Shown here piece after piece: positions 57,960 to 64,000 of a DNA stretch of 64,000 nt. The notes under the pieces are model-generated. The model worked only from the letters and a program-made list of their open reading frames with translations, was not told the origin of the DNA and searched no databases. Within the stretch, counting starts at the first letter, position 1. Every line of letters starts with the position of its first letter. The stretch is taken from contig CAXXVD010000001.1 of the NCBI GenBank assembly GCA_963662335.2, forward strand, positions 416,001 through 480,000. The letters run 5' to 3'. The DNA comes from Chloroflexota bacterium. Lineage in GTDB: Bacteria; Chloroflexota; UBA11872; VXOZ01. A program made the translations under genes and the position numbers.

Positions 57960-58871
57960 TTAGCCGCTGCCGTCAGTGTCATCGGTGTCGCTCGCAGTGT
58001 CGGTGTCGGCGGTTGAGTCGGTTGCGGTGTCCGTCACCGAAGTCCCGTCATCCGTCGCCGTGGCCGTGGCGGTCGCCGTCTGCGCGCCGGTAGCGGTGGC
58101 GGTGGCCGTGTCCGTTGCCGTAATCGTCGCCGTGGCCGTACTAACGGTAGCGGTGTCCGTCACCGAAGTCCCGTCATCCGTCGCCGTGGCCGTGGCGGTG
58201 GCTGTCTGCGCGCCGGTAGCGGTAGCGGTGGCCGTTGCCGTGGCGGTATCGGAATCCTCGTCATCGTCGTCATTGTCGTCGCCGTCCAGCGCGCTCAGGA
58301 TGCGCTGCAAGACCGCCTCCCGGGTCAGCGGCAACGATAGGAATGGCGACGGATCCGGACTTGCCGGATTGGCGGCCGATTCAAGGGTGGAGCGCTCCAG
58401 AGCCTCTACCGAGAATCCATAGCGGGATTCCCATGCCGCCCGCTCCCAAACGAGATCACCGTAATTGCTGCCGTCGATCCCAAATAGCTCGACGTCGGCA
58501 ATCGACGGTATGTGCAGCAGCTTGGGCCGGGGCCAGCCGCTTTCCCACTTGACCAGGTAGATGGGATTGCCCTCCTTGAGCAGTCCCGCGGAGAGCCAGG
58601 GGCTGCCGATTTCCAGGACTTTCAATTCCTCGAGACTGACCTCAACCCGCAGGTTCCAGTCGATGGTACGCCCGCCGAGCGCCCGCGTGTCCCCACCCCA
58701 ATGCAAGACACCCTGCGCATCGGCTAGCCAGAGGTGCGGCGTGCCCTGAAGCTGCACGACGGTGCCTTCGGCAAGCCGCGCATCCGATTGGCTGGCCAGC
58801 GCGGGCATGAACGAGGCGCCGGCAAGGATGGCGGCAACTACCACGCAAGACACAAAGCGGAGGCTCTTCAT
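57960..58871 (-). CDS. Secreted protein with Thr/Ala/Asp-rich low-complexity tail
   Basis: Signal peptide MKSLRFVSCVVVAAILAG...ALA; globular N-domain; ATATAT-rich tail. The ORF extends to 58952 if the upstream start is used. Confidence 0.7.
   Translation of the reverse strand: MKSLRFVSCVVVAAILAGASFMPALASQSDARLAEGTVVQLQGTPHLWLADAQGVLHWGGDTRALGGRTIDWNLRVEVSLEELKVLEIGSPWLSAGLLKEGNPIYLVKWESGWPRPKLLHIPSIADVELFGIDGSNYGDLVWERAAWESRYGFSVEALERSTLESAANPASPDPSPFLSLPLTREAVLQRILSALDGDDNDDDDEDSDTATATATATATGAQTATATATATDDGTSVTDTATVSTATATITATDTATATATGAQTATATATATDDGTSVTDTATDSTADTDTASDTDDTDGSG
58024..58235 (-). repeat. Internal duplication, 126-bp period (~85-bp near-identical units)
   Basis: GCGGTGTCCGTCACCGAAGTCCCGTCATCCGTCGCCGTGGCCGTGGCGGT at 58024 and 58150. 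Confidence 0.85.
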
Positions 58872-58956
58872 CAAATCCCTTTCTCGATCACTATCGAAGC
58901 GGCATATTCCGTTCGCTCCACGTAGGGGCTGCGTGCCCAACATCCTCGTCATCCTA

Positions 58957-58990
58957 ATTGGGAAAGGGTTTGACTGTCAAATTTCCCAAT
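58957..58990. promoter_or_regulatory. Nested AT-rich palindrome, candidate operator
   Basis: ATTGGGAAA-GGG-TTTGAC-T-GTCAAA-TTTCCCAAT upstream of the secreted-protein gene. Confidence 0.4.
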
Positions 58991-59090
58991 GTACGTAAAC
59001 CTTCGTTTAGCGCTGGAAACTGAGCGTAACATCCCTTAAGGCGCAATACGCGCGCTTCAACCGGCGCCGCCGAGGCGGGCCCCGGCCCGC

Positions 59091-60638
59091 TTAGAAGACC
59101 CGCCGGGCGTCTTCGAGCCAAATCGGACTCGACCACGCCATCTCGCCGTCCGTTTGCGTCACCCGCACGTAGTACCAGTCCGTGCGGTCTTGCGGCATCT
59201 CGATTTCATCCAGCGCAAAGGCGCACTCCCAACCGGGCTTTTCCACCACGTGCCAGTCGCGGTTATTCTTCACCACGACCACTTTGGCAATGGGCGCGGC
59301 GCCGTGGACGCGCACGCGCATCTCCTGCGGCGGGGTCTGCACACTGATGATTTCGCCCATGGGCTGATTGTCCACGTCGAAGTCGAGAAGGATGCGCGCG
59401 CCGGTTGTGCCGATGGCGCGGCGGTTCCAGAGCGCGCTGAACATGGCGTCGCGCTCACGGCGGCGCGACCAGAGGCCGGTCATGCCGGCGTGGTGGTTGA
59501 ACGTGGTCACCTTGATGGGCAAGTGGGCTATCTGCACGCTGCTCGTCGCGCGGCCGTCGTGGCTCTCGCTGCCGCCCACGAAGCCAAACCGGAATCCCCG
59601 ACGCAGTCCGTCCTGCAAGAAGTGTCCGGTGGCCTCATAGGGCGGATAGTCCGCCTGTGGCTCGTCCCACTGGGTGCGCTCGTTGCGGGCTTTCAGGGCG
59701 TACGGTTCGCCCGCGTGTTCGCTGCTGCCCCAGTGGCTGTAGACCTCCATGAGCCGCTCGAACTCGGGGTCCATGGTCTCCCAGTTATGCCAGATGCGGT
59801 TCCCCAGGCGCGCCGGATGGTGGGGAATCGAGAGAATATCCCGGCCCGTGCGCGAGATGCTGCGGAAGATGTTGAAGAGGTCCTGGGGCGTATTCGAGCC
59901 TTTCCAATTGCTGGAGATGAGCGGCATGTCGCCGTGACGAAAGATGACGTTGCGGTGGCCGCAGTCGGCGTCCGGCCCCCGGTTCCACGACCACTCGTAG
60001 CCGAGCAGCGTGACAAAACGCTCCGGCTGGTTGTAGTATTCCGCTCCTTCTTGAATCTCCCGCCACTCGTTTGTGCTCAGCGCGTAGTCGTGGTCGGTCA
60101 GCGCCGTAAAATCCAGATTGACCACGTCCCGCGCAAAGCGGTACACCTCATGCACGGTGGCGGGCCCGTAGCTCCATAACAGCGGGTCTTGCCGCTTGCG
60201 GCTGGGGTTTTCCAGGCGGTGGCAGTGCAAATCGCCCCAGTAGAGCTTGTGGTCGCCGCCGTACATGTAGGCCGGCGCCCAACCGGGATTGCTGAGCGCC
60301 TCGACGCCGGTCTCCCGGTCGCGCGCCCGCACGCGAAAGACCTTGTCCGTTTCGTCAATCCGGCCGCGCACGGCATGGTGACTGTCGTACTCCGGCAGCA
60401 TCGGCACGGTCGGCGGGACCTCACCGCCGGCGCCTTCCAGAGTTAACTCCAGGTGGGCGGCCTGCTTGGGCAGATGAAAACCCCACTTGTCCCGCAATTC
60501 CAGGCCGATTCTGAACGTGCCGCCCTCGTCCGGCGGCACGACGCTGGGCACGGTGACGCGAATCTCCGCCAATTCCGGCGTGCCCTGGTAGTCCAGCGGC
60601 AGGCGAATGAGGTTTGGGTCAAACTCCGTGGCGCTCAT
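59091..60638 (-). CDS. DUF3604/PHP-like metallohydrolase (second paralogue)
   Basis: LYWGDLHCH, LDFTALTDHD, GYEWS, GHRNV, IPHHP, EVYS.WG, FGFVGGSESH; start ATG 60638 after GGAG. Confidence 0.82.
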   Translation of the reverse strand: MSATEFDPNLIRLPLDYQGTPELAEIRVTVPSVVPPDEGGTFRIGLELRDKWGFHLPKQAAHLELTLEGAGGEVPPTVPMLPEYDSHHAVRGRIDETDKVFRVRARDRETGVEALSNPGWAPAYMYGGDHKLYWGDLHCHRLENPSRKRQDPLLWSYGPATVHEVYRFARDVVNLDFTALTDHDYALSTNEWREIQEGAEYYNQPERFVTLLGYEWSWNRGPDADCGHRNVIFRHGDMPLISSNWKGSNTPQDLFNIFRSISRTGRDILSIPHHPARLGNRIWHNWETMDPEFERLMEVYSHWGSSEHAGEPYALKARNERTQWDEPQADYPPYEATGHFLQDGLRRGFRFGFVGGSESHDGRATSSVQIAHLPIKVTTFNHHAGMTGLWSRRRERDAMFSALWNRRAIGTTGARILLDFDVDNQPMGEIISVQTPPQEMRVRVHGAAPIAKVVVVKNNRDWHVVEKPGWECAFALDEIEMPQDRTDWYYVRVTQTDGEMAWSSPIWLEDARRVF

Positions 60639-60823
60639 GGCGTTTCTCCAGTGTTGCGCAAAATAGAGAGAGGCATCCAGTATGCGCGCGCGACGCAGTA
60701 CTGAATGCCTCACCTACCGACAAACGCGGGGCTAGGCTGCTCTCGCCGGCGGGGCAAACACCGCAATCGCGGTTCGCGCCCCGAGAAGCCTCTCAGCCTC
60801 GTGTTTCGTTGCTTACGCCGACG

Positions 60824-62188
60824 CTATTCGCGCGCCAGCCACTCGTCGAGCACCGCCTGCGCCTGGGCCTCGGTATTGCGCAAGCCTTCCTCGATGGTGG
60901 TCTTGCCGGTGAGCATATCCGGCACGCCGCCGCTCATGATGCCGAGCATCTCGTTAGCGCCGGGCGCGGAAACGACAAAGCGCCGGCCTTCCATCACGTC
61001 AACCTGATGGATGACGAACGGATCGCCGCCGTGGTACGCCTCGCTGTACGAGGTGTCCACGCGGATGGGCAGGCGGTCGAAGTGCTTGGCCCAGCGGATG
61101 TTCACGTCGTCATTGCCGAAGTGCTCCATGAATGTCCAGGCCAGGTCCTTGTGCGTCGCGCCCACGGGCAGCACCCACGTGTGGCAGCCGCCGTAGGTGC
61201 GGTTGAAACCGTCGGCGGGCTTGGGCCAGTGACCCCAGTGATATTCCAGATCCGGCGCTTCCTTGGCGATGCTCTCGAAGCGTATTGAGCCGGTATCGTA
61301 GAGATTCGCGAGACGGCTGGCGTAGAAGTGGGCGCGGGCGTTCTCATCGCCCTTGAACTCTTGCAGCGCGTCGTAGCCGCCCTGCATGTCGTGCACCTTC
61401 TTCAGCCACGCCATGCCCTCACGGCCTTCCTCGGTGTTGAGGGTAATCTTGGTGCGGTCGTCGTTGATGTTCTCGCCGCCGAGTTGCCACATGGGCACCA
61501 TCCACACGTGGCGGTTGGCCCACAACGGCCCCCAGGCCACCTGCTCGATCGTATTGCCGCCCTTGAATGACTTGGAGATCACGTCTTCCAGGTCGGTCCA
61601 CGTCACCGGCGGGTTTTCCGGGTCCAGGCCCGCGTCCAGGTAGAGGTTGTCGTGGATGTAGAAGAAGCGCACGTCGGGGCCGAAGGGCATGCTCCACACC
61701 TGGCCCTTGTGGTCCATGTCGATGCGCAGTGAGGGCCAGATGTCGTCCTTGTTGATCACCGGCGACTGGGCGTAGTAACTCTCCAGGCTATCGACGATGC
61801 CGCCGGCGGCCACTTGCTGGTTCTGCCAGACGCCCACCTGGCCGATGTCGGGCGAGGTGCCCGCCGCCTGGGCTGCAATCAAGATGGTGAAGCGGTTGCC
61901 TTCCGGGATCAGGTCTTTGACGGTGAGGCCTTCCACCAAAGCCTCGATTTCCTGCTTGACCTCCAGGCCCAGACCCTGTGAGAGGTCCCAGCGCCGGGTC
62001 GTCCACACTTCAAGCTCAACCGCTTCCGCGGCTGCGGGCTCCGCTGCCTGTTCTTTAGGCGCTTCTTCCTCTGCCGGCGCATCCGCCGTATCCATGGGCG
62101 CCGCCTGGCCGCACGCTACGAACAACGCGCCGGCCGCGGTCGCGCCAACGCCACCGAGAAACGTCCGTCTCAGAATCCGGTCTCGCAT
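60824..62188 (-). CDS. Extracellular solute-binding lipoprotein (ABC family 1), Tat-type signal
   Basis: RRTFL...FVAC, Ala/Glu/Pro linker, AAGTSPD, GLDPENPPVTW. Confidence 0.85.
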   Translation of the reverse strand: MRDRILRRTFLGGVGATAAGALFVACGQAAPMDTADAPAEEEAPKEQAAEPAAAEAVELEVWTTRRWDLSQGLGLEVKQEIEALVEGLTVKDLIPEGNRFTILIAAQAAGTSPDIGQVGVWQNQQVAAGGIVDSLESYYAQSPVINKDDIWPSLRIDMDHKGQVWSMPFGPDVRFFYIHDNLYLDAGLDPENPPVTWTDLEDVISKSFKGGNTIEQVAWGPLWANRHVWMVPMWQLGGENINDDRTKITLNTEEGREGMAWLKKVHDMQGGYDALQEFKGDENARAHFYASRLANLYDTGSIRFESIAKEAPDLEYHWGHWPKPADGFNRTYGGCHTWVLPVGATHKDLAWTFMEHFGNDDVNIRWAKHFDRLPIRVDTSYSEAYHGGDPFVIHQVDVMEGRRFVVSAPGANEMLGIMSGGVPDMLTGKTTIEEGLRNTEAQAQAVLDEWLARE

Positions 62189-62270
62189 CGCGTTCTCCTC
62201 TCACTTCACGCTGAAACTAAACGCACAACGTGTATAACGTACACGCTACTTCTGCATCAAGGCAACCGCG

Positions 62271-62470
62271 GGGAATTAATAGAACCAGGCTTGTAGTCTT
62301 TGCAGGCAGCGTTCATGTCATTCCGAGCGCAGCGAGGAATCTACGCGGCTCCCGATTCTAGATTCATCGTCGCTGCGCTCCTCAGAATGACAGTTTAGGA
62401 GATTGCAGAGACCTTGCAACGAATATGCGTCTTGCCTTTGACCGACCCAAGCCCCAAAACGCCATTTCCT
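62271..62470. mobile_element. Second MITE copy with 8-bp target-site duplication CAACCGCG
   Basis: Collinear with 21332-21534; CAACCGCG at 62263-62270 and 62471-62478; right terminal repeat degenerate. Confidence 0.75.
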
Positions 62471-62547
62471 CAACCGCGTGGGTTCGCGATTCTCTATACT
62501 GAGGTGCAGAAGCGGTCCGATGGGAAGCGCTCATCAAGGGTGAACGC

Positions 62548-63345
62548 ATGACAGAGTGGCGTTACGCAAAACTTACCTGGCCGGAAGTGCGCGCGGCCGC
62601 GCGGGAGCGGAAAGCGATCTTGCTGCCGGTGGCGGCCATCGAGCAGCACGGCCCGCACCTGCCGATCGACACCGACAACGTGGCGGCGATTGCCGTGTGC
62701 GAGCGCGCCGCGCACGCCGCGCCGGACAAGCTGCTCTGCGCGCCGCCGATCCACTACGGCTTCAACGAGCACAATATGGACTTTCCCGGCACGATCTCCG
62801 TCCAGGCGCAGCGCTTCAGCGACTACTGCTACGACGTGGCCGTGAGCTTTGCCCATCACGGTTTTCCCATCGTGCTCTTCGTGAACGGGCACGCTTCCAA
62901 CGACCCGCTGCTGCAAGTCGCCGCGCGCCTCGCCACGCTGCACTCCGATGCCGCCTGCGCCCTGGTTTCTTACTGGGACTTGGCGCAGGAGGAGGTCGAG
63001 CAGTGGCGCGAATCCGAGTATCCCGGCGGCATGGACCACGCCGGCGAGTTCGAGACCTCTATCTACCTCGCATTGGATCCCGCGCGGGTGCAAATGGACA
63101 AAGCCAAGGCCGACTACCGGGTGCGCACAAAGTGGCACTACCGCGATTTGATGGGCGGCTCGCCGGTGAAGTACGTGGACCACTTGAGCAAGATGTCGGC
63201 GGACGGCACGGGCGGCGACCCCACCCTCGGCGCGGCCTGGAAAGGCGAGCGCATCCTGGAGACGGTAAGCGCAGCCATCATCGAGGTGGTGGAGGATCTG
63301 CGCAATCTGCCGTACGGCCCGCGGGTAGACCATCACGAGGCATAG
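62548..63345 (+). CDS. Creatininase family amidohydrolase
   Basis: EQHGPHLP..TD, H..FPGTIS, NGH..N, DHAGEFETS, GDPT. Confidence 0.9.
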   Translation: MTEWRYAKLTWPEVRAAARERKAILLPVAAIEQHGPHLPIDTDNVAAIAVCERAAHAAPDKLLCAPPIHYGFNEHNMDFPGTISVQAQRFSDYCYDVAVSFAHHGFPIVLFVNGHASNDPLLQVAARLATLHSDAACALVSYWDLAQEEVEQWRESEYPGGMDHAGEFETSIYLALDPARVQMDKAKADYRVRTKWHYRDLMGGSPVKYVDHLSKMSADGTGGDPTLGAAWKGERILETVSAAIIEVVEDLRNLPYGPRVDHHEA

Positions 63346-63370
63346 CGGCCTCAGTCATTGGCGCCGCAGC

Positions 63371-64000
63371 CTACACCGGGGCCGGGAACGCCTCGCAGAG
63401 GGCGCGCACGTCCTCTTGCACCCGTTGCAGCGCGGCCGCGTCCTTGCGCTTCCGCACCGCTTCCGCAATGTCAATGCCAATGCGTTGCATCTCCGGCACG
63501 CCCATACCCCGCGTGGTGACGGCGGGCGAGCCGAGCCGGATGCCGCTGGTTACGAACGGCGAGCGGGTCTCGCGGGGCACGGTGTTCTTGTTCACCGTGA
63601 TATTCGCCTTTGCCAGCGCCGCCTCCACCACCTTGCCGGAAGGCCCGCCCTTGCCAAAGTCCACCAGCATGAGGTGATTGTCCGTGCCGCCGGAAACCAC
63701 CCGCAGGCCGTTGGCCGTCAGGGTCTCCGCCAAGACGCGCGCGTTCTCGATCACCGCCGCGCTGTAGGCCTTGAAGGCCGGCGTCATCGCCTCGGCGAAC
63801 GCCACCGCCTTGCCGGCCATGATGTGCATGAACGGCCCGCCCTGCAGGCCGGGGAAGACGGCGCTGTCCACCTGCTTGGCGAACTCCGCTTGGCAGAGGA
63901 TAAGCCCACCGCGCGGGCCGCGCAGGGTCTTGTGGGTGGATGAGGTCACGAAGTGCGCGTGGGGCACCGGGCTGGGATGCAAGCCCGCGGCCACCAGTCC
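63371..64000 (-). CDS. glyA: Serine hydroxymethyltransferase, 3' part (truncated by the window end)
   Basis: [44 protein letters not shown]. Confidence 0.95.
   Translation of the reverse strand, partial: GLVAAGLHPSPVPHAHFVTSSTHKTLRGPRGGLILCQAEFAKQVDSAVFPGLQGGPFMHIMAGKAVAFAEAMTPAFKAYSAAVIENARVLAETLTANGLRVVSGGTDNHLMLVDFGKGGPSGKVVEAALAKANITVNKNTVPRETRSPFVTSGIRLGSPAVTTRGMGVPEMQRIGIDIAEAVRKRKDAAALQRVQEDVRALCEAFPAPV

Noticed and set aside
62229-62245. CGTGTA-N5-TACACG palindrome upstream of the solute-binding protein gene as an operator
   Set aside because: Only 6-bp arms and a single occurrence; cannot be distinguished from chance here.
62548-63345. Mycofactocin peptidase mftE
   Set aside because: Creatininase-family motifs only; no mftA/B/C genes nearby.

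Overview
High-GC bacterial DNA. Gene content suggests a Chloroflexota-like heterotroph, possibly host-associated; this is inference only. The most unusual part is 1-13.5 kb: a tandem array built from three gene types. These are an LRR lipoprotein, an FN3-like + zinc-metalloprotease gene (HExxHALGL), and TolB/PD40 beta-propeller lipoproteins with C-terminal plant-type LRRs. All five propeller genes in the window, including a remote one at 48.4-49.7 kb, lie directly behind a metalloprotease 3' end (DCxPxxxxxMxIxAxYQS). Two of these ends belong to full protease genes and three are decayed ~100-bp relics. This resembles the toxin/orphan-immunity arrays of polymorphic toxin systems, and I propose an uncharacterised protease/cognate-partner cassette system. 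The rest of the window holds housekeeping and catabolic genes (ctaA, copA plus a YHS protein, groEL, hydantoinase A/B, ychF-like, aminotransferases, two DUF3604-like hydrolases, glyA) and many non-coding palindromic repeats, including a ~200-bp MITE with 8-bp target-site duplications. Other oddities are a subtilase with Cys at the catalytic Ser position, an M55 peptidase homologue lacking its metal ligands, and a palindromic repeat inserted in frame four times into one protein. I saw no rRNA, tRNA, CRISPR array, transposase or integrase. All family calls come from motif recognition by eye, not database searches.
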